From an uncultured Pseudomonadota bacterium (GTDB lineage Bacteria; Oederibacteriota; Muellerivitia; Muellerivitales; Muellerivitaceae): a DNA stretch of 64,000 nt. Below are positions 27,587 to 36,717 of the stretch, in pieces. The DNA lies in NCBI GenBank assembly GCA_963836235.1, contig CAWIIP010000002.1:1824001-1888000 (forward strand), written 5' to 3'. Position numbers and translations under genes: made by a program. The notes under the pieces were generated by a model, which saw only the letters and a program-made list of their open reading frames with translations, searched no databases and was not told the origin of the DNA. Numbering within the stretch: the first letter of the stretch is position 1; each line of letters begins with the position of its first letter.

Positions 27587-27896
27587 ACCCTCCAGGAAGC
27601 CCAGGCCCTGGTGGGGAAGGTGGCAGACGTCAGCCCCGAGGAAGAAACGGCCCAGGTCGAAAAGGATCATGGCCCGGCCAAGGAAGACCTGTCCCCCGAA
27701 GCTTCAGCGAAGGTGGAGGACCCGCTCAAGGCCGTTGGAGATGGGGTAACATGCCTCCAAAAGATAGAAGCGGCCTGCCCTCCGTAGCTTTATGCGAAGG
27801 AGGGTCAGCACGGCCACCGATGCTAAATCGGCTACGGATAAGGCGAAGAGCTTGATCGGGTTTTAAATTTGAGATGTTTAGGGTCATAAACCAAAA

Positions 27897-28640
27897 ATGG
27901 ATAATGGTGGCCTGGCACCATTGTTCTGGGAATTAAAAAAAGTGTTTAAGCCCGAAACTTGTTATATGTGCGATCAACTTCGAACCTCGAAAGAGCATGT
28001 TCCGCCAAAATGCTTGTTCCCTGAAGTTAGTTATTTGAAAGAAATGGGGCTAATTGATCTTGATTTAAGGAAGAATCTAATAAAGGTGCCTTCGTGTGAT
28101 GCCCACAATACGGAGAAGTCTAAAGATGATGAGTATCTTTTGTACGCTTTAGGTACCGGCCATTCAATAAATAAACTTGGTGAAACTTATTTCCTTTTGA
28201 AGGTAAAACGGGCGATGAAACGAAATCCAAATTTAATGAATCGTCTTTTAACTGGATCTGAGCCAGTAATTTTCAAGGACGAAGTCGGGGAATTTGGAAC
28301 GCTAAAAATACAAGCCGAATTTGAAAGGCTTGTATCAATAATGGATAAGATTGGCAGAGGAATTTACTATAAGATTTTCAAAAACAAATGGTTAGATGGC
28401 GTTTATGTAGATATGGAGTTTTTGGTTGCTGAAAGAACGATCGAAGAAGAAAATTTTTGGAAGAATTTTAGAAACGCAGTCCAAAATGCCTTTATAAGTG
28501 AAATGCCAATGGGCGAAAACAAAGAGGTCTTTAATTATAATTATAAAGAGGTGAAAGAAAACGATATGTTGTTGATGCGATTAGGATTTTATGAAAAAGC
28601 AAAAGTGAATTTGATTTTTGCTAAATCAAGAATTATGTAG
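27897..28640 (+). CDS. AT-rich HNH-like zinc-finger nuclease domain protein
   Basis: CYMC..SKEHVPPK..VPSCDAHN..KS.DDE. Confidence 0.7.
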   Translation: MDNGGLAPLFWELKKVFKPETCYMCDQLRTSKEHVPPKCLFPEVSYLKEMGLIDLDLRKNLIKVPSCDAHNTEKSKDDEYLLYALGTGHSINKLGETYFLLKVKRAMKRNPNLMNRLLTGSEPVIFKDEVGEFGTLKIQAEFERLVSIMDKIGRGIYYKIFKNKWLDGVYVDMEFLVAERTIEEENFWKNFRNAVQNAFISEMPMGENKEVFNYNYKEVKENDMLLMRLGFYEKAKVNLIFAKSRIM

Positions 28641-28648
28641 GTGCTGAC

Positions 28649-29398
28649 TTGGAAAAAAGAACACATCCAATAGAAAAACTGATAGAGCTGTTTGATGAGA
28701 TTGTCGGAAACGAGATGGGGATAAGCGCCAGCGAAATATGTTATGCGATGTCTTTGATACGGCAGGTATTAGAAATAGAAGATATTTATTCTGAATTTCC
28801 ACTTCTTGCTCTTTATTGCAATTGGTGCCTGCATGTAAAGCTTGATAAATCAAGAGCCAAGGTTTTTCTTGAGAACGTATTCAGCTCTTTTGTTAGGGCC
28901 GAATCTGATAGTAAAAGTATGGGAAGTAAGAAAGCCTTTTATATTTCCTTAAAAATGTCAGAACAACTTTCGGCAAATAAGTTGAAAAAAGAATTTATAA
29001 ATCTTTTTAAGAAAATTGATGTTCCCATAGGCGGTTTTGAAGATTTAGAAAATTGGCATGGTTTCTTCTCCGGAATTCTGAAAATCCTTTTAGGCAATGT
29101 AATTGTTATTCAAGATGTTAAGGCAGTTTTTGAGGAAAGGGTCGATTTGTACGAAGAGGCACTAAGAACTTTGGGCATTAGAGATCGAATACAAACTATA
29201 AATTTTTGGATTGAAAAGAATATTGATGGCGATGCAATTTGGTATTTTCAATTAGATGCAACAATAATTTATAAGGGCAATTTATTTAACCCTGAGAAAA
29301 TTCCACAAGACCTTAAAATAATTACTTTGAGTGATAATACTTGCCGAATTCACGGAGTAAGTGCAACACTTCGCCGGAAGACTTCCGCCGGAGTTTGA
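28649..29398 (+). CDS. AT-rich hypothetical protein; 3' end runs into IS30
   Basis: LYCNWCLH motif; the last codons lie inside the IS30 end. Confidence 0.6.
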   Translation: MEKRTHPIEKLIELFDEIVGNEMGISASEICYAMSLIRQVLEIEDIYSEFPLLALYCNWCLHVKLDKSRAKVFLENVFSSFVRAESDSKSMGSKKAFYISLKMSEQLSANKLKKEFINLFKKIDVPIGGFEDLENWHGFFSGILKILLGNVIVIQDVKAVFEERVDLYEEALRTLGIRDRIQTINFWIEKNIDGDAIWYFQLDATIIYKGNLFNPEKIPQDLKIITLSDNTCRIHGVSATLRRKTSAGV

Positions 29399-30396
29399 AA
29401 GCCCAAACATTTTTTGGGCCTGTTATTAAGCCATCTTTCAATGGCTTTGAGCTCTTTGAGAGACACTTTAGCAAGGTCGGTCTTTTTAGGCAAATGGCGG
29501 CGGACAAGACCGATAGTATTTTCCACTGTGCCTTTTTCCCAACTGTGGAAAGGAACGCAGAAAAAGGATTTTGTACCAAGCACATGGTTGGTTTCCAGGT
29601 GGTTGGTGTTTTCGGTTCCGTTGTCGTAGGTCAGGCTCAAACGAGCCTCTTGAGGAAAGCGGCATAAAGAGCGGTTGAGGCTGTGACTCATGTGGGAAGC
29701 GGTTTTTCGTTTCAGCTTTCCCAATTTGGAAAAACGGCTTTGACGCTCGACAAGTGCCCGGAGAGCAACTTTACTTTGACGAGAAACCATCGTGTCCGTT
29801 TCCCAGTGGCCGAACTGCTTGCGTTGGTTGACGACCTTGGGCCTTTTGTCGATGGAAACTCGGCCTGGGATATGGTTTTTGGCGTGCCTGTGGCTGTGAC
29901 CGAAGGTGAGCCGCCGCCGGTGGTGACGGACGAGGCAAGGAATCAGATCAGTGGCCTCAGCGTAAATCCACTGGTAGATGGCTTCGGGGCCAATGGTTTG
30001 CTTAGGCCGCAGGTGGCCTAAACGGCCTGAAATGAGTTCGGGAGACCAGCCTCGTTTCAATTGGCGACGGACGTAGGCACGAATTCGTTTTGTTTTCAGG
30101 CGTAAACGACAAGCCCGTTGTTGGTTGCGGGTCACATACCGTTGATGGGCCCGATGGGACAGATAGTAACCCGAACGGATGGGGGGAGCGTTGCGCTTGA
30201 GTTCCCTGGAGAGGGTGGAAGGAGACCTCTTCAAGGCACGGGAAATGGCCCGAAGGCTGAGGCCCTTTCCCTTCAAGACGGATAAATGATCTCTTTCCTC
30301 AACACTTAAATGCTTGTAGTTCTTTTTCATGGCCGCATATCCTATTGATGCGGCCTTCTTCAGGCACTAAGTGTTGCACTTACTTATGGAACTCGG
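29344..30396 (-). mobile_element. IS30-family insertion sequence
   Basis: Inverted repeats at 29344-29371 and 30369-30396 (23/28 match, core AGTAAGTGCAACACTT). Confidence 0.9.
29350..30330 (-). CDS. IS30 transposase
   Basis: YKHLSVEER, WSPELI, GHWETD, TYDNGTE, WEKGTVEN, LNNRPKKCL. Confidence 0.95.
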   Translation of the reverse strand: MKKNYKHLSVEERDHLSVLKGKGLSLRAISRALKRSPSTLSRELKRNAPPIRSGYYLSHRAHQRYVTRNQQRACRLRLKTKRIRAYVRRQLKRGWSPELISGRLGHLRPKQTIGPEAIYQWIYAEATDLIPCLVRHHRRRLTFGHSHRHAKNHIPGRVSIDKRPKVVNQRKQFGHWETDTMVSRQSKVALRALVERQSRFSKLGKLKRKTASHMSHSLNRSLCRFPQEARLSLTYDNGTENTNHLETNHVLGTKSFFCVPFHSWEKGTVENTIGLVRRHLPKKTDLAKVSLKELKAIERWLNNRPKKCLGFQTPAEVFRRSVALTP

Positions 30397-30415
30397 GCTT
30401 GAGATTAAGAATTAT

Positions 30416-30859
30416 TTAAGTTTTCGGTTTTGCGTGGCTGACATGGTTGGCGAAGTGCATGGAGTGGAAAACCAGCCATTGCCGCTTGTTGAGAAGGCCC
30501 AGGATGGGATGGCCGCTCAAGGGGCCCTCGAACTTCTCGAAAGCCTCCAAGGCCCTCCGGAAAGCCGCCAGGGCCTCGGCCTCGTTTCCCTCGACGCGGT
30601 CGGAAGGCGGGCCCTTGATGCCCCGGGGGATATAACCCCGAAAAGCGAAGAGACGGTAAAGCAGGGGCCCCACGACACGCTTTTTCCACCAGGGCATGTC
30701 CCGCTTCACGCCTTTCATGTTGCCTTCCATCGACTTGGTCAGGTGGGTGAGGATCTGGTAATAAGACCAGCTGCCGGTGGTTTCCACGGGACCCTGGCTT
30801 AAACGGTCGAGTTCGGCTCGGATATCGGCGAAATTCTTGCAGCGCAGGTCGCGGGGCAT
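30416..30859 (-). CDS. DUF1569/DinB-like protein
   Basis: GSWSYYQILTHL..HPILG.L...W..FH..H..H. Confidence 0.8.
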   Translation of the reverse strand: MPRDLRCKNFADIRAELDRLSQGPVETTGSWSYYQILTHLTKSMEGNMKGVKRDMPWWKKRVVGPLLYRLFAFRGYIPRGIKGPPSDRVEGNEAEALAAFRRALEAFEKFEGPLSGHPILGLLNKRQWLVFHSMHFANHVSHAKPKT

Positions 30860-30882
30860 TTTTCTCCTTTAACAGCACCCTG

Positions 30883-31179
30883 TTAGGAAAGATACCGGGT
30901 GATTTCCAAAGCGCCATGGAAAACGCCCAAGATGTCGATATGGGATGGGGATTTCAAAAGATAAGCGATTCGATAATGGCCGTATAAAAGAATCCTGATT
31001 TCTTCACCAGGGTCGGAACGGTATTTGTGGCCCATTTCGGGAAACTGTCGGAGAAGCTGGGCTTTATCGTAGATTTCCTCAACGACCCTGTTCGCGGCGT
31101 CCGGGTTGTCGGCGGCAATGTAATCGTATATGTCCCGGAGCCACCGTAGTGCTTCCTCCGTCCACCTTATTTCCGCCAT
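30883..31179 (-). CDS. ParE/RelE family toxin
   Basis: IRWTEEA..IYDYIAADNP.AA..FPEMG..YRIAY..ILGVFHG. Confidence 0.9.
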   Translation of the reverse strand: MAEIRWTEEALRWLRDIYDYIAADNPDAANRVVEEIYDKAQLLRQFPEMGHKYRSDPGEEIRILLYGHYRIAYLLKSPSHIDILGVFHGALEITRYLS

Positions 31180-31352
31180 GTCTGGACCCGACGTTTCATT
31201 TCATCGTCGGAAACCACACGGCCTTCCTTGGAGTCCAACAAGCCCCGTTCAATCATCCGCTCAAAAGCGAGCTCGCGGAGGATTTCATCGTAGGTCGCGT
31301 CCTCAGGCTGGGACTGGATGACCTCGGTCATTTTATCCTTAATGTTTGACAT
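31167..31352 (-). CDS. Antitoxin partner of the ParE toxin
   Basis: 61 aa, acidic, IERGLLDSKEGRVVS, overlaps the toxin start. Confidence 0.8.
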   Translation of the reverse strand: MSNIKDKMTEVIQSQPEDATYDEILRELAFERMIERGLLDSKEGRVVSDDEMKRRVQTWRK

Positions 31353-31469
31353 GGAGCGCCCCCCTTTAGCCCGAATGGATACTGAAAGTTAGAACCGCCT
31401 TATTGTACCTGAGCGAAGGCGCGCTTCCAACAAGGCCCATTTTCGGGGAGTGACTCGCTTTGATTTCAC

Positions 31470-31643
31470 GCTGTCATTGCGAGGAGGTCGTTTTTTGACC
31501 GAGGAAGAAATCCAAAACAGTCCAAAAATTGCAGTTTGTTGAATGCTTTGGATTGTACTTGGTCTTCGACCAAGCATGGTTGGCCAAAGGCCAACTACCA
31601 CAAGCTTGTCGGCCTAAAACCCAGGCCTCCTCGCAATGACGGC
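31470..31643. repeat. Palindromic repeat, family B copy 2
   Basis: GCTGTCATTGCGAGGAGG..CCTCCTCGCAATGACGGC. Confidence 0.85.
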
Positions 31644-32641
31644 TATTTAATATTCTCTGAGGGTATAAAGGGTTCCGGGGCCTCTACGCTTTTCGTTTTC
31701 GTCAGTCTGGCCACGAAAAAGCCCTCGATATCCGGCGTGGGCAAAACCCGGATGGACTTTACCACTGCCGGATCGAATTTCAAATCTCCCCAGGCGGAAA
31801 GTCCCCGAGTATGGGAAGGAAGGGCTTGAGAAACTTCCTCCATTCGCAGGGCGTCGCCATAAGTTTCCAAGGCCCAGTTGAGGACCATTTCGTTTTCCTC
31901 GGGGGCGAAGGTGCAGGTGGAATAAACCATGGTCCCGCCGGGCTTCAATGAGAGGAAAGCGGATTTGAAGAGCCGCCGCTGGTCCTTGGCCATCTTACGG
32001 TTGGTGTCCTCTTTCCAATAACCATAGGAAGAGGGTGTGTCCAATTGAAAGCGGCCCTCCGAACTGCAAGGCGCGTCTAAAAGCACCCGGTCGAATTTCT
32101 CGAAGTTGTCCTTCCACACCAGTCCTCCATCGCCCGCGGGCAAGGTTTCCACGCTGGAAGCTCCTTGGGTGTCGGCGTTGGCTTTGAGCTTCTCCAGGCG
32201 GATCGGATTGTTGTCATTGGCGAGGATATGCCCTTGGTTTTTCATAAGGGTGGCCAATTGGGTGGTCTTGCTTCCGGGAGCCGCGGTAAGGTCCAAAACC
32301 CTTTCGCCCGGCTGGGGTGAAAGGACTAAAGGGGGAATCATGCTGGAAAGGCCTTGCACATAAATTTCGCCTTTTAAGTAAAGATCGGTCTTCTCCAAGT
32401 CCTTTTGCTTTCCCTTTCGCAATAGGAAAGCTTCTTTATACCAGGGCACGTTTTCAATCTTGAAACCTTGGGGTTCCAAGCGTTCCTTGAGAGAGCTCGG
32501 GAAAGTTTTCAGGCTGTTGACCCGGAAAGTGGCGGGACGTTCCATGGAAAAAGTCTTTAAAACCTTGTCCCATTGGTTGGCTGGAATTAAGCGCCGGAGT
32601 TTTTCGAGGAAAGCTTCGGGGAGGTCGCGGCCTTTTACCAT
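31643..32641 (-). CDS. RsmB/NOP2 family RNA m5C methyltransferase (RsmF-like)
   Basis: AAPGSKT, DAPCS, YSTCT..PEENE, EGFFVA. Confidence 0.92.
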   Translation of the reverse strand: MVKGRDLPEAFLEKLRRLIPANQWDKVLKTFSMERPATFRVNSLKTFPSSLKERLEPQGFKIENVPWYKEAFLLRKGKQKDLEKTDLYLKGEIYVQGLSSMIPPLVLSPQPGERVLDLTAAPGSKTTQLATLMKNQGHILANDNNPIRLEKLKANADTQGASSVETLPAGDGGLVWKDNFEKFDRVLLDAPCSSEGRFQLDTPSSYGYWKEDTNRKMAKDQRRLFKSAFLSLKPGGTMVYSTCTFAPEENEMVLNWALETYGDALRMEEVSQALPSHTRGLSAWGDLKFDPAVVKSIRVLPTPDIEGFFVARLTKTKSVEAPEPFIPSENIK

Positions 32642-33321
32642 TCCAGCATCAAGGCTTTGGAAAGGAATTCCATGAGGGGCGCGCCATCGGAACAGGCTCC
32701 GACGAATCGGTCCATGAAGCCGGGTGAACAGGCTTCTTTTTCGGTGAATTGGGTGAAGAAGGTAAAGTCCTTGTATTTCAGATATTCGATGAGCTCATGG
32801 TTGGGATCGAAACCTTTAGGAGGGCGCTGAAGCTTTTCCCCCTCCAAAGTGCAATGTTTCTTGAAATTTTTATCCGTCAATACCGCTTTCCAGGCCGAAG
32901 GATGATGGGCCAAATAGTCCCGGATTTGGGCCAGCGCCGGAGCTTCCGGATGCCAGATGCCGCCTCCTCCAAAAACCTCCCCCGGCTCTAAATGGATGTA
33001 ATAGCCGGGCGAATGCACATCCTTACTCCGGGAAGTTTGGAAGTGGGCGGAAGCCGCGGTTTTATAAGGGGTCTTGTTCTTGGAGAAGCGAGTGTCCCGA
33101 TAAATACGGAACATGGAACCGCCCATGGGGCTGTTATCCACGATCAGGTGCTTGCTGATTTTTCTTAAAGGCGGGCCAAGTTCCCCGATGAAATCCAACA
33201 GGGGATTACGGACAGTCTTTTCGTACCGTTCCTTATTGGCTTGAAACCAAGGACGGTTGTTGTTTAGCTTAAGTTCCTTGAGGAACTTAAAGAAGGATGG
33301 AGAAAAGTAGGATTTATTCAT
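32635..33321 (-). CDS. DUF2461 family protein
   Basis: NNNRPWF, FRIYRDTRFSKNKTPYK, PKGF. Confidence 0.92.
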   Translation of the reverse strand: MNKSYFSPSFFKFLKELKLNNNRPWFQANKERYEKTVRNPLLDFIGELGPPLRKISKHLIVDNSPMGGSMFRIYRDTRFSKNKTPYKTAASAHFQTSRSKDVHSPGYYIHLEPGEVFGGGGIWHPEAPALAQIRDYLAHHPSAWKAVLTDKNFKKHCTLEGEKLQRPPKGFDPNHELIEYLKYKDFTFFTQFTEKEACSPGFMDRFVGACSDGAPLMEFLSKALMLEW

Positions 33322-33344
33322 AGTTTGAATTTATGGATTGAAAG

Positions 33345-33554
33345 TTAGGTCATCATTTTTTTGGGACGCACCCAAAGGGCAATCTCGTCCACGGCCCAAA
33401 TCTCATCGGGCATATCCGATTTAATGAAAACCCGGACATATTTTTTATGGTTGGAGAGGGAAGAATTAACTTCCTTGACGTTCAGGACGGTACCCACTTT
33501 TCGAGTCAACAGGTTAAATACCTCATCATTGGCCTCAAAATTAATATCGGACAT
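33345..33554 (-). CDS. Small hypothetical protein (SH3/KOW-like)
   Basis: AAGGGGG RBS, 69 aa, fills the intergenic gap. Confidence 0.5.
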   Translation of the reverse strand: MSDINFEANDEVFNLLTRKVGTVLNVKEVNSSLSNHKKYVRVFIKSDMPDEIWAVDEIALWVRPKKMMT

Positions 33555-33628
33555 AAATCCCCCTTGATCTGACCCGAATCTATTTTACCTTTCCCGCTAA
33601 TTTTATAGAAATGAAAAGAGGGGAAAAT

Positions 33629-33663
33629 AAAAAAAGGCCGAAGCTTTCTGGCTTCGGCCTTTT
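33629..33663 (-). terminator. Intrinsic terminator after yceI
   Basis: AAAAGGCCGAAGC..GCTTCGGCCTTTT. Confidence 0.75.
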
Positions 33664-33675
33664 GGGAAAGTTGTT

Positions 33676-34362
33676 TTAATTCTTGGGAGCGTCGGCGGGT
33701 TTGTCCGCCGGTTTTTCCTTCTTCATCTTATCCATCATTTTCTTCATCGCGTCCAAGCTGGCTTTGTCCATGCCAGCCACATCCAACGTGATATCCACGT
33801 CGTTACTCACCATTAGGTTACCGCTGGCCAGGGTCTTATTCCAAACTAGGCCGAAGTCCCTGCGGTCGATGGTCGTAGTGGCCGAAAAGCCAACAATCTT
33901 AGCCACCATTTTGCCGTCCTTGCCCATGGGCATGGTATCCGCGCCCATGTAATCGACATCCAGTGTCACGGACTTGGTCACGCCATGCATGGTCAGGTCG
34001 CCGACCACTTTATATTTATTGTCGCCGTCGCCTTTGCTGACGCCGGTGCTCTTGAAGGTAATGGTAGGATATTTTTCAGCGTCGAAAAAATCCGGCGATT
34101 GCAGGTGGTGGTCGCGCATCTCGTTGTCGGTGCTGATGCTGGCGGCCTGAATCGTGACGTTGATCTTTCCGGATTCGGGATTGGCGGGATTGAAACTAAA
34201 ACTTCCGCCATAATCCTTAAACTCCCCGGGCACCTTGCTGAGGATATGTTTCACCGAAAATCCGATGTGGGAATGGGCTTTATCAAACCCATATTCAGCG
34301 GCGTTAACGGAAGTGACGGCACAAAAAGCAAAGGCGGCGAACAGCAAAAAATATTTCTTCAT
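33676..34362 (-). CDS. YceI family periplasmic protein
   Basis: DKAHSHIGFSVKH, RDHHLQSPDFF, GDLTMHGVTK. Confidence 0.95.
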   Translation of the reverse strand: MKKYFLLFAAFAFCAVTSVNAAEYGFDKAHSHIGFSVKHILSKVPGEFKDYGGSFSFNPANPESGKINVTIQAASISTDNEMRDHHLQSPDFFDAEKYPTITFKSTGVSKGDGDNKYKVVGDLTMHGVTKSVTLDVDYMGADTMPMGKDGKMVAKIVGFSATTTIDRRDFGLVWNKTLASGNLMVSNDVDITLDVAGMDKASLDAMKKMMDKMKKEKPADKPADAPKN

Positions 34363-34419
34363 CTTTCTAATTCCTTTCTTGATTTAAATCCGACTTGGTT
34401 TTATATATACGAATGTGCT

Positions 34420-34434
34420 TACTAAAAGAAAGTA
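34420..34434. promoter_or_regulatory. Putative HxlR/YodB-type operator
   Basis: TACT-N7-AGTA between divergent yceI and the HxlR gene. Confidence 0.55.
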
Positions 34435-34513
34435 GGTACCCGAAGGTAACTACCCATGCGGTTTTACCGCTCCTCAACTGCTTCCTTTGGACGTTTGTAT
34501 TGAAAGGAAAGTT

Positions 34514-34909
34514 ATGATCCGCCATCGCGCCAATAAATCAGGACCCCCGCCCGTGGGATGCCCCTTAGAAGCCAGCCTTAAATTGTTAGCCGGGGCTTGG
34601 ACTCCCCAAATCCTTTGGTATTTACGGACCGAACCCCGTCGTTTCGGCGACCTTAAAAGGGATTTGGGAAATATTTCCGCTAAAGTTTTGACCACTCGGT
34701 TGAAAGAGCTGGAAAAAAGGGGAGTTGTCACCCGGGAAGTCAAACATACCTCCCCCCCGACCGTGGAATATGCCTTGACCGATTTGGGGCATAAGCTGAA
34801 TCCAATCCTAAAGACTATCGCCGATGTGGGAACGGAGATTCACCGCCATGTCGTTTCCAAGGAAGCTGTTTCCAAACCCGCTAAAGCCGAGGCACTTTCC
34901 CTGGGCTGA
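34514..34909 (+). CDS. HxlR (DUF24) family regulator
   Basis: GCPLE..W..IL..RRF..ISAKVL..L..PPTVEYALT. Confidence 0.92.
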   Translation: MIRHRANKSGPPPVGCPLEASLKLLAGAWTPQILWYLRTEPRRFGDLKRDLGNISAKVLTTRLKELEKRGVVTREVKHTSPPTVEYALTDLGHKLNPILKTIADVGTEIHRHVVSKEAVSKPAKAEALSLG

Positions 34910-34964
34910 CTTTAGATTTGGAGTGTAGTTTTTTTAGCCAACGACCTGGTTTTCGAGGTTGGAG

Positions 34965-35318
34965 TTAAACCGCCCGAGCTAGGTAGGTTTTTAAGAATTC
35001 CCTGTCTTCCTCGGGCATGAGCATGAAGTGGAGGCCAACTCCAAGTCCGTTCATCCAAACCACTTCGCCGTAAGCGAACAAACGGCTAAGGGTTTCAGGC
35101 AGGGAAATATCAAGCCGGAATATTTCTCCGATTTTAACATCACTATCCCGGGCGATTTTAATATACATCCCCTCCTGGCTCAGGTCCTTCGCCAAGGCGA
35201 CATTGCTCCGGAACCTTTCCACCGCTTTCGGCCTGTCGAGTAAGCGGTATTGGACAGGAAGCTTCACGGGGATGCGGGTGTGGATTCGTTGTTCCAGATC
35301 GGAATCGTGATTCATCAT
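34965..35318 (-). CDS. PilZ domain protein
   Basis: QRIHTR (RxxxR), DLSQEG, GEVVW, GVGLHF. Confidence 0.88.
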   Translation of the reverse strand: MMNHDSDLEQRIHTRIPVKLPVQYRLLDRPKAVERFRSNVALAKDLSQEGMYIKIARDSDVKIGEIFRLDISLPETLSRLFAYGEVVWMNGLGVGLHFMLMPEEDREFLKTYLARAV

Positions 35319-35519
35319 TAGCGTATCCTTTTCGAAAAGAGGACTCTGTTGGAACCTATTGGGTGGAATGTTATTTCACGAAGAGGGGGAGTGAAAGTAA
35401 AGAAGCGGTAAAAAGAGAATTTAACATTATTTTCTGAGTTTTTGGGATCATGCCCGGTTTTGAAAAAAATCGCGGCGTCATCAACTACCCATCTATTAGC
35501 CGATTAAAGGAACTATCAG

Positions 35520-36560
35520 TTAGTTTATTCGGCGCGATTCTTCGGGTATGACTTTTAAATCGAGCTTGACTGATTTTCGGACAATGGAAAGGGAGGAGAT
35601 GGTTCCCAATTGTTCGTCGCTTAGGAGCCGGTGCAAGTCATCCATGCTTTCCACAGGGTGTCCCTCGAATTCCACAATGACGTCCCTCTCCATGAGACCG
35701 GCTCTTTGGGCAGGGCTTGGTTCCTCCACCGCTACGATTAAAACGCCTTTTTCCGCGGGCAAGTCGAAATGCCGGACGATCTTCCGGGGAATGTCAATGT
35801 TCTGACCTCCGATGCCTATAAAACTGCGGCGGACCTTGCCGTATTTCATGATTTGCATCGCCACTCTTTTGGCGGTATCGATGGCAATGGCAAAGCAAAG
35901 GCCTTGGGCCGATGGAATGGTGGCGGTATTCACCCCCACGACTTCGCCCCGGGAGTTCACCAATGGGCCACCCGAGTTGCCGGGATTCAAGGCCGCGTCG
36001 GTTTGAATGATGTTGTCGATGAGCCGGCCCGATTGGGACCGCAAGGAACGCCCGAGGGCGGAAACCACTCCCGCGGTCACCGTGGTCTGGAAACCTAAGG
36101 GGCTTCCAATGGCCACCACCAGCTGGCCGGGCCTTAAGGGTTGGGAAGAACCCAGGGCGGCAGGCCGGAAGCCGGAGGCGTCGTCCACGCGGATGACCGC
36201 CAGGTCCGAATCCGGGTCTTCCCCAATCAAGCGGCCATGGTGGGATTGGCCGTCCAATAAAGTGACTTCCATGTCCTGGGCGCCGTGTACCACATGGCTG
36301 TTGGTCAGGATAAAACCGTCAGGAGTAAAAAAGAATCCCGAACCACTTCCCGCTTTATGAAGGGTGGTATCCGATGGACGCCACCGGCCGCCCTTTTGGA
36401 ACACGTCGATATTCACAACCGAGGGCGACACCTTTTCCGAGGCATAGATAACCGCGCTGGAGTAGGCGTCCAACAGCCCTTCGTTGTCGTAGGGGGCTAG
36501 TTCGCTTCGCGCGCGCTGAACCGGCAAGTTTTCATCCGAGAGTATTCGGTGAGGTTTCAT
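35520..36560 (-). CDS. HtrA-like trypsin protease with PDZ domain
   Basis: GSGF, TNSHV, DLAV, QTDAALNPGNSGGPL. Confidence 0.95.
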   Translation of the reverse strand: MKPHRILSDENLPVQRARSELAPYDNEGLLDAYSSAVIYASEKVSPSVVNIDVFQKGGRWRPSDTTLHKAGSGSGFFFTPDGFILTNSHVVHGAQDMEVTLLDGQSHHGRLIGEDPDSDLAVIRVDDASGFRPAALGSSQPLRPGQLVVAIGSPLGFQTTVTAGVVSALGRSLRSQSGRLIDNIIQTDAALNPGNSGGPLVNSRGEVVGVNTATIPSAQGLCFAIAIDTAKRVAMQIMKYGKVRRSFIGIGGQNIDIPRKIVRHFDLPAEKGVLIVAVEEPSPAQRAGLMERDVIVEFEGHPVESMDDLHRLLSDEQLGTISSLSIVRKSVKLDLKVIPEESRRIN

Positions 36561-36717
36561 GGAAGGCTCCTTGTCCCCTTAACAATTGGAAACAAGACCC
36601 CTAATTATCAAGGGAGAAACAAAAGTTTTTAAAAAAGGGACGAATTGGTCTTCCGCCGGAAGGGGGAGGGAAAGTTGTGGTTGATTCAACCCGGAAAGAC
36701 GGTTAGCTTGATGTCCT

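Noticed and set aside
29338-30402. IS30 target-site duplication
   Set aside because: The flanks (..CTTG / GCTT..) give no unambiguous duplication
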